A stretch of 64,000 nt of DNA from Macrostomum lignano (lineage: Eukaryota), in the NCBI GenBank assembly GCA_002269645.1, contig NIVC01000303.1, positions 62,001 through 126,000 of the forward strand, written 5' to 3'. The notes under the pieces are model-generated. The model did not search any database and was not told where the DNA came from. It saw only the letters and a list, made by a program, of their open reading frames with translations. Positions 11,742 through 27,194 of the stretch are shown piece by piece. Position numbers and translations under genes: made by a program. Every line of letters starts with the position of its first letter. Within the stretch, counting starts at the first letter, position 1.

Positions 11742-12340
11742 ATGGTAGGTGTTGATATAACTGCAGTGACAAATACAGCAACGAATTTGTCGTTGCTAGT
11801 AGGATCGATGCGGCTGCACAGTCGGGAAGTGCCGCTGAAGATGCGAATAATCGAGGACGTGAGCTGTATTCAACTGAGTTTGTTCAAGATACTGAAGATC
11901 AGATCCAACAGCTTGTCTATAAGCGTTTACCACTCACTACTCTCTAGTGAGCACAGAAGCCCCGCGGTGTCTAACAAGGCAGCCAAAAAAGCGGCAACCA
12001 AACCTGCATTTACCATGAGACCAAAGAAGGCAACTGACTTGATGGACCAGATGAAAATGTGCTACTCAGTGAATTACAAGTCACGACAGTGACATGTAGC
12101 CATGTTCTGCAATGTGCTCCATCGAAGAAGGCCTTTTCTGAGCTCACTTGGAACGACACTAGCTGGAGCAATAGCCTGCCCAGAGAGCTGAGCACGTCAG
12201 AACTATCCTTAGCGCCAGTTGCAGCAAGTGGTGAATGCCACAAAGGCCAGGATGTCACATTGTGTGGCTGACCTGCTGATCGCAAAACTATTGCTCGGAG
12301 CAGCTGCAGTCAGTCTGTCTTGAATGCATGGGCGAGCCAG
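11742..12340 (+). pseudogene. piggyBac transposase relic (C-terminal half)
   Basis: LLVGSMR..SREVP, LLSSEH..PAV, TDLMDQM..CYSV.YKSR.*HVAMF.N and a C-terminal LCG.PADRKT...C..SC Cys-rich segment; multiple stops and frameshifts. Confidence 0.75.
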
Positions 12341-13233
12341 TGGAGTGAAATATATTCTTGTGCTGTTTACTGACAAACTGCTGTACCTTTCTGATCTAGT
12401 CTGGAATGACTTTTTCAATATTGATTTTTCCAAGGTGCTTCGTCCAGCGCAGGTAATGTATGCGTTAGCATCACACCGAGGTACTTGACCTCCTTCAAGT
12501 TATCAAGCCAAAAAATATAAAAAAATGGTGAGGATCAAATTTTCTGTAATCTATAGATCTCCAGCGGTTGATTTGTTATAAACAAGCCGGGTTGTTTTGT
12601 GATTGGCTGAGCTTCAGACCCCTCAAACCCGACTGCACTCTCACTTTTGACACGGGAATTGACAAACGTCCAGTATATGTCTGAATTTCAATCGATATCC
12701 ATTGAGTACTAAGAAATCCGAAAAATGGACTCACACTTCGATGCACGCTCGTACATTAAAATTAGGCATAAGCACACCTGCAGCTCAGGCCTCTCCAAAA
12801 CTGAAATAAAATGGATTCCACCTCAACTGCTTGCAGTTCCTCTTTAAAAGGCTAGTAGAAGAGGTAGCAAAAAGTTTTAAAATAAATTCTTGATAAATGG
12901 CGCCATATTCAGGCATAATTGCCCTGCCCCCTCCTAGTTGCAGGCTCATCACTGCCATGGGATTTTGACAGCTGGGTCTCTTGTAGCAGCAGCTGCGGAC
13001 TGCTGTATCCATGGCGATAAACGCCCACATGAGTCGTATAGGATAGAGTAGATGCAGCAACGCAACCGTACGTATGAGTGCCAACCCCCGCAAACTTCAC
13101 TTCATCTCTTCATTGTTGTCTCTCTGTTGATAAAAAGATTAACGTTCCACATGCTAATTCAAGCTGAGCTGCCCTGTGCTTGAAAAAGCATCGTGAGTCT
13201 ATCGGATACTTATAGTTTTCGAACAAAGCGAAT

Positions 13234-14258
13234 TTGCTAATAAAGCCAAGCATGGTACTTTGCCAGCCGCTACTTGCCTTTATTGCGTCCGTTCTGCTCT
13301 GCTCCTCTACCGCTGCCGCCAGCTCCGGAAACCGCTACCCGGTCATCCAGCGCACCTGCCTCAACAAGTCCCTGTCCGAGTGGACCCTCCCCAGCCCGGC
13401 CGTCTCCATTCGGCAGTGCGTATTTTTGAGTCGCCTGCAAACTCTGCCAGGCACATCGGTGGCCCAATGGAACTCACGAAATGACACCTGTTCGCTGTTT
13501 CTCTTCAGCAGAGTCTGCCACCTGCTCAACCTGAGCAGCCCCGCTGACGGTCAGACGAGGCCAACTCGTGCGAGCTCGTGGTGGACTCCGAGCTTGACGT
13601 GCCCACCGCCAATCGGCACTTTGCCGCCGTGTGGCTCGGAGGCAGAGGCGAGCAGCTCGAGAATCTCGTGTGCAGCGATGGCGGCCAGAAGAACGTCGTC
13701 CAGCACACCGGAGTGACTTGGACTGACGAGGGCGCCAAGATGGACGGCCTGACATCCAGGATGTGGGTAAACGATACCAGCGGGTTCGACTTCAACAACA
13801 GCTTCACATTTCTGATGGAGCTGAAGAGGCAGCCGAATACGAACGCCTTCATCGAGCTCACAGACTGCAGCTCTTACACTCACGCTTGGCTTCACTTATG
13901 GGAATGGGACACACTCGATTCGACTCGTAAGCTCTAAATTCAAACCGGACACCGGAACTTGTTCTCCACTAACCAGGTGCTGCCAATCCGAAGCGACCAG
14001 TTCGTCCGAGTCGGCGCCACGTTCGACATTTCGATGCAGATCATGAACAGGACCCGACTGTTCGTTGACGGGTCGTTCATTCCCGGCAACCAAGTGTCTC
14101 TCTACAACGTCAACTTTACCAAAATCGACAACTTCTGCGTGAAGATCGGTTGGCGCGACCTGACTGGCTCGAACTTCAAAATAAACGGCACCGTGAAGAT
14201 GCTGGCCATGTCCAACTTCTTCCTGACCGCCGACGTCATCAACCGGCTGTTCAACTGA
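13234..14258 (+). pseudogene. Intronless secreted protein gene (signal peptide, PAN/apple-like Cys domain, ConA-like/LamG domain) with one frameshift (~13550) and an in-frame TAA (13935-13937)
   Basis: Three consecutive GC-rich ORFs (13234-, 13578-, 13959-); the last two are in the same frame. Hydrophobic N-terminus and a LamG-like VGATFD....RLFVDG motif. The lesions could be sequencing errors. Confidence 0.6.
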
Positions 14259-15539
14259 GTACGTGAACAGTTTTTCAGATAACGACGGAAGCGCTGTGAC
14301 CAAATATTGCGAAGTCAAACGCAGTACATTTTGCCGCGAGATGCCTAGTTATCAAGGCTAACGAAGTGTGCGTTCAAAGTTTTTTGTTTTGATTAATTAT
14401 TTGATTCGGGATGTATGTAGAAGATGACAAGATATCTTGATCCACCTCTGTGTCCCCCGGCTGGCGCCTGACCCCCAAAATGATAGTACATTTAAATTTG
14501 CTAGCATCCAAATTGTGACAGTCAATTTTCGTAGATCCATCCCAAGTGCATAAGCTCCGAGACTTTGAGTAAATATGACCGATTGCAGAATCTGTGTCTG
14601 CATTTGTGTCTGGGTCTTGTGAATATACGAAGCAGCTCATTTTTTAGAGCATTGTTGCAGTAGAGCATGTTTCATCTCAGACGAAATGATGTTTCGGGAT
14701 AGTACAATATGAAAATTAACGAATACGTAAAAGCAACCAACAGTAAGTTATCATTGTTGTTTAAGGTGTTTTACTTTTCCTCTTCTACAACAAAGAACCC
14801 TTTCACTCGATAGCCTGTACTTTTATTAATGAGCAAGATTGCGTCACTTTATAGAAGTCTTATAGAACTTACATTGCTTCTATAACTGTTGTTAAACTTT
14901 CTAAACCAATATATGTCTTTTTTTCTCTCTATTTTTTTAACCAAATTTGTTTATTTGACTGTCTTTTTTAAAAGCTCTTTAATATAATGTATCTTTGTGA
15001 TAGTTTAGTTGAACAGTACATGTATTGCCTAATTTTTTTATATTATCTGACTGTGTTTTTCCTATATATCTACTTATATATCTACTATCAGTAGAGCATC
15101 AAATAAAAGTTCACTATAGTTTAAGCTGGGGATTTTGTTGTATTTTAATTTATCGATTTGTCGGTTTTTACATTCGGTATTTTGTGGCGGTTCAGCCAAG
15201 CACATATAAATATAAATATACTGGAGCAGTGTCTAGCTCATTAACTTCTCTACTAAAACTGAAACTATACAACTGCAATACTAAGGTGCATTTATCTATT
15301 GTACGAGCGTAGAAAGCTAAGAACTACAAATACAATGAATAATTTATACATTCATCATATATTATCAAGATCATTGCGCCTAATTCAGGTTCTTACTGGA
15401 TGCAATTAGGCTAAAATTACTGACTAGTACTGTCGTACTGACCAAAAACTACTTAGCAACAGCAGTAGCCAGCAGTGAAACCATAATAGAAAAAATACAA
15501 GAAAACTAAAGCAGAGTTTGCTAGTAAACAGCACATCAA

Positions 15540-15900
15540 TAAATGTCACTCCGTGGGCTTGCTCATGCACTTCAGACAAGACTGACTGCAGGTGTTCCGA
15601 TCAAAAGTACCATTTTCCTTTTGTGGCATGCGGCACGGCAGCAACTGGCGCTGAGGATGACTCTGGCGTGCTCCTTTCCGGCCAGGCTGTTGCGGCAGTA
15701 GTGCAATTTCAAGTGCCCTCAGACGGCAAAATACGGCTACATGCCACTGACGTGACTTGTACTACACTGAGTAGCACATTGTCATCTGGTCCATCAAGTC
15801 AGTGTCCTATCCTTGGGTCTGATCATTGTAATGCAGATTTGATTGCGGCCTTCTGGCTGTGTTGTCAGTCACCGTAGCACTTCTATGCTGACTAGAGAGT
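15540..15900 (-). pseudogene. Second piggyBac transposase relic
   Basis: Reverse strand reads LSSQH.SATV...HYND.T...TDLMDQM.MCYSV.YKSRQWHVA.F; homologous to ~11940-12350. Confidence 0.7.
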
Positions 15901-15904
15901 AGTG

Positions 15905-16575
15905 GTACACGCTGGTTGTGCTTCGTCTTGTAATTTCTTAGTAAATGGCATCTTAATTGTGGCATATTTTCTTTTAAATTTCCACGAGTGCAGCACAGAG
16001 ATTGGAGATCAGCGAGTCACCAAAGCGTTTTACTCAATCTAGCCTGGTCTAACCTATTATCTGCTGATGCATGTAGGTCACATCTGCCCCGGTTCGTGCA
16101 TGCCGTTTCTCAAACAAAGCCTGTCCAGCTGACAATGCAGCGACACCCTTACCAGCAAAAACGGACGCGCAACCAGGCGTTTCGTCAAATGCCTGCTGGC
16201 CAACAGGTTTCGGGGCTGCTCCAAGCGGCCTTTTGAGCAACGATCGAGCGTCGGGGCGGAGGCCCTGTAACAGAGGGCCCAGCTGCAACGCCCATTCATC
16301 ACCCAGCGCTACTGGCAGCCGAACTGCCGTCCACGTGATCTGGGTGCCCCAAGCCTCCGCAGAACGTCTTAAATCAAATAGTATTGATATCTATGCACTT
16401 GGTAAAGTCGAAATAGCACCCTACCCATACACGCTGGTTGTGCTTCGTCTTGTAATTTCTTAGTAAATGGCATCTTAATGATATTTAAGGTGCCCCAAGC
16501 CTCCGCAGGACGTCTTAAATCAAATAGTATTGATATCTATGCACTTGGTAAAGTCGAAATAGCACCCTACCCATA
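15905..16575 (+). repeat. Short local direct duplications
   Basis: 15907-15957 recurs at ~16428-16478, and ~16343-16428 recurs at ~16490-16575. Confidence 0.8.
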
Positions 16576-16777
16576 CTATGTATACTATAATATAGATGTG
16601 GCTCAGCAGCTTGTCAGTGGATTAAGGACTTCCACTTGTCTATGGCATTTACAGCGTACACAGCCATAGACAGCCTCTGTGTATTTTTTACGAAACCGAC
16701 TGATATGGCTTAGCTGATTACAATTACTTAACAAATAATCTAAAACAAACGTCAAGCCTGAAAAAAAGAAAAACAAA

Positions 16778-18723
<1,946 letters not shown>

Positions 18724-18749
18724 TTGGCGACATTGGCTATTCTGATTTC

Positions 18750-19990
18750 AGTCTCTGATATCTCTCTTATCTCTCTGCTCTGTCTCTCTGCTCTCTCTGA
18801 TCTCTCTGGTCTCTCTGGTCTCTCTGCTCTCTCTGATGTGCTCTCTGATCTCCCTGATCGCTCTGATCTCTCTGATCTCTGTGCTCTCTCTGATCTCTCT
18901 GCTCTCTCTGCTCTCTCTGATGTGCTCTCTGATCTCCCTAATCTCTCTGATCTCTCTGCTCTCTCTGATCTCTCTGCTCTCTGCTCTCCCTAATCTCTCT
19001 GATCTCTCTGATCTCTCTGATCTCTCTGCTCTCTCTGATCTCTCTGCTCTCTCTGCTCTCTCTGATGTGCTCTCTGATCTCCCTAATCTCTCTGATCTCT
19101 CTGCTCTCTCTGATCTCTCTGCTCTCTGCTCTCCCTAATCTCTCTGATCTCTCTGCTCTCTCTGCTCTCTCTGCTCTCTCTGCTCTCTCTGCTCTCTCTG
19201 CTCTCTCTGATGTGCTCTCTGATCTCCCTAATCTCTCTGATCTCTGCTCTCTCTGATCTCTCTGGTCTCTCTAGTCTCTCTGCTCTCTCTGCTCTCTCTG
19301 CTCTCTGCTCTCTCTGATCTCTCTGCTCTCTGCTCTCTCTGATCTCTCTGATCTCTCTGCTCTCTCTGCTCTCTCTGATCTCTGCTCTCTCTGATCTCTC
19401 TGCTCTCTGCTCTCTCTGATCTCTCTGCTCTCTGTTCTCTCTGATCTCTCTGCTCTCTCTGCTCTCTCTGATCTCCCTGGTCTCTCTGATCTCTCTGATC
19501 TCTCTGATCTCCCTGATCTCTCTGCTCTCTCTGATCTCTCTGCTCTCTCTGCTCTCTCTGATCTCTGCTCTCTCTGATCTCTCTGCTCTCTGCTCTCTCT
19601 GATCTCTCTGCTCTCTGTTCTCTCTGATCTCTCTGCTCTCTCTGCTCTCTCTGATCTCCCTGATCTCTCTGATCTCTCTGATCTCTCTGATCTCTCTGAT
19701 CTCTCTGATCTCTCTGATCTCTCTGCTCTCTCTGATCTCTCTGATGTCTCTCTGCTCTCTCTGCTCTCTGATGTGCTCTCTGATGTGCTCTCTGATCTCC
19801 CTGATCTCTCTGATCTCTCTGATCTCTCTGATCTCTCTGATCTCTCTGATCTCTCTGATGTCTCTGATCTCTCTGATCTCTCTGATGTCTCTGCTTTCTC
19901 TGATCTCTCTGATATCTCTCCATCTCTCTGATCTCTCTGATATCTCTCTATCTCTCTGATCTCTCTGCTCTCTCTGATTTCTCTGATGTC
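18750..19990 (+). repeat. CT-rich 7/9-bp compound repeat (CTCTCTGAT/CTCTCTGCT)
   Basis: Direct reading; internal higher-order duplications. Confidence 0.95.
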
Positions 19991-20519
19991 TCTTTAAGAG
20001 CTTGTACTGGTTTAAGCCCATTAGTAACTACTGACGGAGAGAAAGTTTCAAGTAGCATTCAATAGACTTTGTGGCTGATTCCTGTTAATTGACTTATCGT
20101 TAAATTCTTAACTGCATATCTATTAAAACACAATAATAATTGTTAAGGTATAATTTATCGGCTAAATTAATATCTGCGTCAAAATCCACGTAGTGAACTA
20201 TTGATGATATCATTTTCATTATTAGTGACAGTAATAATATCACTCTCAATGGTTCGCAGCTCGTGACAATTGAGCGTTGTCTTACTCTGAAACCAATAGT
20301 ATTATTGATCAAGCCTACTCAAGAAGCCTATGACAATCGTGCATTGCCACATATGTGGTTATGCATGTCTATTTTTAGAGACATGAGCGTGCTTAAGTGT
20401 AAAGAAAATGACATAGACAGTCTGATCTCATTGCCATCGACATATACAAATGCTAGATCTCTTTTACCATACATATATTCAAATGATAGAGCCTATAGTT
20501 CAGTAAAAGACTTAAAGAC

Positions 20520-20920
20520 TTGAAAAATATTTACAGTAAAGAACTGGAACTATTTATTAAGTTTATAAGCGACTTAAGCAACAATGAGGACAACATCGCG
20601 GGAGTAGAGCTGCCAGATCTTCCGCTGTTTGAGAATGCGAGCGCCTCGACAGACGGTGCCAGCGCGAGTGTCATTGACAAGATGGAGTTGGAAATGCTAA
20701 AGCATGCAGAGAAGTTTGCGAGCTACATGAACTCCCTGGGCTATACTCTGGATGTTCCACGAACGGTGGAGCTGGAGAAGCTTAACGAGCACCTACGTCT
20801 TTACTACTTTCGGTTGGCCAAGCCCAATGGCGAACTGTATTCAGCATCAAGCCTCGTCTGCATCAGGGCTGCCATCTAGCGCTTTTTCAACTACATCGTG
20901 AAGCGTGAAATAAACATCAT
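20520..20920 (+). pseudogene. Crypton-type (DUF3504/KCTD1-like) tyrosine recombinase N-terminal relic
   Basis: EKLNEHLRLYYFRLAKPNGELYSASSLVCIRAAI*RF matches the E.LN..L..FY...RK.DG..Y..SSL..IRA.I.R motif; truncated, with an in-frame stop. Confidence 0.6.
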
Positions 20921-21195
20921 TGTACTGTTTTACTTGGATTTGTCGCGCTGAAAGTAGAGAGCACTGTAGAGATGACAATGAAATAAATAAATCAGACCAT
21001 TAGTCTATGGTCCAAGCATGTTGAACGTGTCACAATCAGAAGCATTGCCAGCAGGCTTTGTCTATGTGAAAATTGCTTCATCTAGCATTCGTATTAGAAA
21101 TGAAATACATAGCGCATTGTAATAACCAATTTTTGTAACAACGCTCGTATAAATAGAATATTGCAGAAGTACTAATGCTGACAAAAAAATCGGCT

Positions 21196-21594
<399 letters not shown>

Positions 21595-22186
21595 ACACTT
21601 CAGTTCATATTTCTATATTTCAGTGTTCCTATATTTCATTTCTATATTTCAGTTCATATTTCAGGACAAGAATGTTGTCCAACAAACTTCATTGCTACTA
21701 ACTGATAGTCGATCTTACTAAATTTAAATGCTCAGCGTTGCAGTCTTTTTGCTAGCATTTCTTCATATTTCATTAGATATGCAAAAGATATTTCTCGGTA
21801 CAGAGGAGCGTGTGTGTTTTTTACTAGCGCAAGTTCTCGCAGAATACGCACAGTTGCACACTGCTTCATTACGAAGTCTGGATGGTCCTAAGGGATTAAT
21901 GCACTCTTTTCTCCTTGCACTTTTTGTTAAAGATGTTATAAGTAATCGTTTATCTTAAAATAGTCAACTTTATATTTATAGTAAGTGAATCCAAGTTTTC
22001 CTTCTAGAATTTTCTATAACAGACTTCTTAATTATATCTATGGTCTTAGACTCCCTTACCTGTACCACAAAGTTTTGTTTGAGCTACGCCAGTGCTAAAT
22101 TACATGTTAACCCCTTCTTTTGCTATCTTTCTCAAAACTCAATAAACGCCGATTCATTATAATTTAACAAGGCTTTCTTAATAATA

Positions 22187-22198
22187 GGTTATGGGCCC
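22187..22198 (+). promoter_or_regulatory. Copia primer-binding site GGTTATGGGCCC (internal tRNA-iMet fragment type)
   Basis: Lies 3 nt after the 5' LTR; same motif as Drosophila copia/Ty5-type half-tRNA priming. Confidence 0.85.
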
Positions 22199-22340
22199 TG
22201 CGCCCCTCCACTGTGATCTACTGCAGTGTGAACAATAAAGCTGCTTCAGTGGCAGTGCGTCAGTCGGCGTGATTGTCAGGCTCTACTGTCTCTTAGAATG
22301 TTCAACCTTAGCAGTCCAGTTGTGCTGGTGGATTGACACG

Positions 22341-25300
22341 ATGTCTTTCGATGCCAAACTACTGGTTGAGAAGTTGGATAGTTCCAACTACACTGTCTGG
22401 AAGTTCAAGATGAAGAACGTCCTGATGGAGCGAGAACTTTGGGAAGTTGTTGATGGTACAGAGACACTTGCTGAGGACGCGACCAACGAGGTCAAAGTTC
22501 AGTTCAAGCGGCGTGCGAACAAAGCCCTAGCGACTATCGTATTGGCTGTTGCGGATAGTCAAATTCATCTAATTGAGGATACAGAAACTCCGAAGGAAGC
22601 GTGGGATAAGCTTCAAGCATATTTCGAGCGGAGTTCGCTGGCAAATAAATTGTTTCTTAATCGGAAACTACAAGCGCTCAAGATGGTGGAAGGTGCATCC
22701 ATGCAGGAGCATGTTAATCAGTTCAAGGATATCGTCAAACGACTGTCGGCTATCGGGGCAGGTGTTCCCGAGGACTATCAAGTCACGATTCTGCTAAACA
22801 GTTTGCCGAAGTCATATGACGGGTTGATTACTGCCCTGGAATCGCGAGCGGACGACTTGACGATGAATTTCGTACTCGAGCGGCTTTTGCACGAGGAGTC
22901 AAAACGACTTGAACAGGAAAGCTGTGAACCTAGCAGCAATTCAAAGGCTCTGGTTGGATTCAAGAGGCAACAGCACCAGAGTGTCAGACCAAAAGTATGT
23001 TTTTTCTGCAATAAGCCTGGTCACCTAAAGAAGCACTGTTACAAATTCAAGAATAGCCTCTCTGTGACAGGTGGATCGAGCACAAATTCAAGACCACAGG
23101 ATTTGAAGAAATCCAACAGAAGGCATCAGGCGAGGATTGCAGACGCCCCAGCAAAAGACTTAAAGGACTTTTCAGCTTCAGATGAGGAAGATTCTGCATT
23201 TCCGGCGTTGTCTATGGGCACATCATCGACAGCTGACGAGTCTCGTACATGGATTGTGGACTCAGGCGCAACGAATCATATGACTAATGATCGGACAAGT
23301 TTTGAGAAATTTGAAGATTTTTCGGTACTGGAGAACATTTCGCTAGCAGATGGACATAAGCTCGAAGCCACTTGAAAGGGAACCGTTCGGTTGTATATCA
23401 ATACTGGTTCTGGTAAGAAATTGTGCGAGCTGAGCGACGTTCTATATGTACCACTTATGGAACAGAATTTGTTCTCAGTACCAGCAGTTACAAGAAAAGG
23501 CTTCCGTGTACAATTCAGCGACGACAAGTGTCAGATTTTGAGCGCAACTGGTAAGATTGTTGGAGAAGCTTTGAAAGTTGGCAGACTGTACAAATTGAAA
23601 GGCTTTAACCTAACTAACGAGACTGCATCTGTCGCGAGAAACAACAGCATCGACCTATGGCATCTGCGCTATGGACACCTAGGTGAGCAAGACCTGAAAT
23701 CTCTAATTAATGGAAAGCAAGTGGACGGAATTTAGCTAAGCAAGGATGACGTAAAAACTGAAGGCATCAGTTTCTGCACAGCATGTGTGGAAGGAAAGCT
23801 ACATCGAACGCCATTTGCAAAGGGTGAAACGTCAAGGTCAACTGAACTATTGGGTCTAATTCACAGTGACGTGTGAGGTCCCATGAAAACTACGTCAATT
23901 GGAGGATCAAAGTATTTTGTCACATTTATTGACAACTATTCGCGCTATTGCTCAGTTTACTTCATTAAAAGTAAGTCAGAAGTCTTAGAAAAATTCAAGA
24001 TCTTTCAGGCTCTCGTCACGAATCAAACAGACAAGTCTATCAAGATTCTTCGGACTGACAATGGTGGAGAGTATACATCAGGAGAATTTGAGGCATTCTG
24101 TGCCCGAAACGGAATCATTCACCAGACTACAGTCCCACACTCTCCTGAACAGAACGGAGTAGCCGAGAGAATGAACCGAACCTTGGTGGAGGCAGCACGA
24201 ACAATGATTGCACATGCTCATATTGGCAAGGAATTCTGGGCAGAAGCAATCTCTACGGCAGCATATCTGCGTAATCGATCAATAACGAGTGCAGTCAACA
24301 AAGCGACACCATATCAAATTTGGACCGGTAGCAAGCCGAGTGTTCAGCATTTGCGAGTATTTGGATGCGTTGCCTACGCGCATGTCCCAGCTGAGAAACG
24401 TCACAAGTTTGACTCAAAAGCTCGGGAAGTCAGATTTATTGGATACTCGGAAACCTCAAAAGGATATCGTTGTTTTGATTTCCAAACACGATCAGTTTTC
24501 GTCAGTCGCGATGTAACGTTCCAAGAGTCGTGCTTCGTGAAGCAATTAGTGGAAAAGCAGGAGACACTTCAACTGAATGCAGGTACCGAACCAGCATCGT
24601 CTGATTTCAAATGTGTTCCTGAAACTGTCGACAAGCAAGAAATTCGGAGATCAACTCGAGAGAAGAAGCCCGTTGACAGGTACGTGGCATCCGTTGCAAC
24701 ACAAATTGACGAACCGAAAACTCTACAGCAAGCATTGGACAGCTCATTCTCAAAAGACTGGCAAGAGGCTGCGAACGCCGAGTACGAGTCACTGATGGAG
24801 AACAGGACATGGAAACTGGTTGAGCTACCAAAAGGACGTCAAACTATTGGCTGTAAGTGGGTATTTCGTGTCAAGTATAAGGCAGACAACTCAGTAGACA
24901 GATACAAAGCAAGATTGGTAGTCAAAGGATACTCTCAAGAGCATGGAGTAGATTATGAGGAGACGTATGCACCAGTAGCTCGATTTACATCAATTAGAAC
25001 TCTACTGGCTGTTGGAATTCAACGAGATTGGAAAATTCACCAGATGGATGTCGTAACAGCATTTTTAAACGGCAAACTAGACGAAGAAATTTACATGGAA
25101 CAACCGGAAGGATTTGTGGTTCAAGGCAAGGAAACACTAGTATGCAAACTAGAAAGAAGTCTATATGGACTCAAGCAGGCTCCTAGATGTTGGAATCAAA
25201 CTCTACATGATGAACTTTTAAGTCTTAACCTAGTGCAGGCAAAGTCAGAACCGTGTATCTATGCTAACTCTCAATCTGCGATCGGTGTGTATGTGGACGA

Positions 25301-25814
25301 CATTCTATTAACAGCATCTGACGACTACATGCCCGTGCTGAAGCAAGAACTGCAATCTAAATTTAAAATGAAGGATCTAGGCGAATTTCACTATTTTCTT
25401 GGAATTCAAGCTACCTGGAAGAATGGTTCATTGTTTCTAAACCAAGAGCGGTATCTAAATACCATCCTTTCAAAATTCAACATGATGGACTGCAAACCGG
25501 TATCAACACCAATGGACACAAGTGTCAAGTTCTACACTGCACAGACCTGTGATGCTAAGGTGGACAAGACTATGTATCAGGCGGCAGTAGGAAGTCTAAA
25601 CTATGCAGCACTAGCTACACGACCAGATGTGTCATCTGCAGTGGGAGTTCTCGCGCGATATTGCTCAGACCCAACTGAACAGCATTGGAGTGGCGTGAAA
25701 CCGTGTCCTGAGCTAATTTACTGTCCGTCAGAGGAGATGATCGCTGACATTCTTACTAAAGCACTGTCTAATGCCAAGTTTCAAGTGCTCAAGGAACTGA
25801 TTCCTGTTCGCTAA
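22341..25814 (+). pseudogene. Copia gag-pol (gag, CCHC knuckle, protease, GAG-pre-integrase, integrase, RT) with three in-frame stops and most of RNase H deleted
   Basis: NYTVWKFKM, CFFCNKPGHLKKHC, WIVDSGATNHM, LWHLRYGH, LRTDNGGEY, HQMDVVTAFLNG and VYVDDILL motifs. Stops at 23373, 23733 and ~23875, all in one frame. HWSGVK joins directly to LIYCPSEEMIADILTK. Confidence 0.92.
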
Positions 25815-25901
25815 TATAACTGCTAACTCTTTATCTAACTTTGATATTCAAGACACAATATGAACTGTTTGTACCAGTATGCACTAGTTTTAAGCTAAAC
25901 A

Positions 25902-25912
25902 TTAAGTGGGAG
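25902..25912 (+). promoter_or_regulatory. Polypurine tract of the copia element
   Basis: TTAAGTGGGAG immediately before the 3' LTR TG. Confidence 0.75.
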
Positions 25913-26274
25913 TGTTAAAGATGTTATAAGTAATCGTTTATCTTAAAATAGTCAACTTTATATTTATAGTAAGTGAATCCAAGTTTTCCTTCTAGAATTT
26001 TCTATAACAGACTTCTTAATTATATCTATGGTCTTAGACTCCCTTACCTGTACCACAAAGTTTTGTTTGAGCTACGCCAGTGCTAAATTACATGTTAACC
26101 CCTTCTTTTGCTATCTTTCTCAAAACTCAATAAACGCCGATTCATTATAATTTAACAAGGCTTTCTTAATACTTTTTTGTGGCGATCTGCTTTTCCACGC
26201 TTTCCTGATCGGTTGCTGTGTTCACGCGTTGATACTAAATTTGGAAGGCAACTAACCGAAGCATAGAAGTGGCC

Positions 26275-26680
26275 CTTCTATCCCCTCTCCCTCTCTCCCA
26301 CTCTCTCCCATGTATCACTCCCTGTCTCCCCTGTATCTCTCCCTCTCTCTCCTCTCCCTCTCTCCCACTCTCTCCCATGTATCTCTCCCTGTCTCCCCTG
26401 TATCTCTCCCTCTCTCTCCTCTCCCTCTCTCTCCTGCATCTCTCCCTCTCTCCCTCTCTCTCCCCTGTATCTCTCCCTGTCTCCCCTGTATCTCTCCCTA
26501 TCTCCCCTGCATCTCTCCCTCTCTCCTCTCCCTCTCTCTCCTGCATCTCTCCCTCTCTCCCTCTCTCTCTCTCTTCCATATATCTCTCCTTCTTTCCCTC
26601 TCCCTCTCTCCCTGTATCTCTCTCTCTCTCTCTCTCTCTCTTCCATATATCTCTCCTTCTTTCCCTCTCCCTCTCTCCCT

Positions 26681-26735
<55 letters not shown>

Positions 26736-26815
26736 ATGTATCTCTCGCTAACTCTCTCCCTCTCTCCCTCTCTCCCTCTTTTCCTCTCTCCCTCCTCTCC
26801 CTCTCTCACTCTGTC
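26275..26815 (+). repeat. CT-rich simple repeat
   Basis: Direct reading. Confidence 0.95.
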
Positions 26816-27194
26816 TCTTCGGCCGAAACTAAGATGCGCACAGTCCCTGAAGGACGTTATAAATTGTCTTTATAATCGAAGCAATAAAACTGCCTCCGGA
26901 ATGAATTTACTCGCTTCATCCTGTGCAGTTTCTATCCGGCAGATCCAAGTTGTAAAATCATCAAAAGCTTGCGAAATCAAGGAATACGGAGAGTGAGAGT
27001 AAGTCGGAGAAGGAAAGGATGAATGAGAGTGAGAGTGCCGGAGAGAGACGGGGAGAGAGGGGTGGACGTCCTATCCCAAAAGCGCTACGCGGTAAAAGTA
27101 CAGAGTACCAAAAATTTGCTAAAATGTGTTTACAAATATTTTACAAATAGAATACGAAGGCTTCCTTAAGACAAGAAAAACAGAAGAAGCAAGT

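Larger units (their letters stand above)
21925..26171 (+). mobile_element. Ty1/copia LTR retrotransposon (full-length ends, defective pol)
   Basis: 259-bp LTRs at 21925-22183 and 25913-26171, identical by eye; 5-bp TSD CTTTT (21920-21924, 26172-26176); PBS and PPT present. Confidence 0.95.

Noticed and set aside
12785-13100. Minus-strand ORFs upstream of the PAN-LamG gene (also 14374-14640, 16049-16302, 52019-52709)
   Set aside because: No recognisable motif or consistent splice model; left unannotated.
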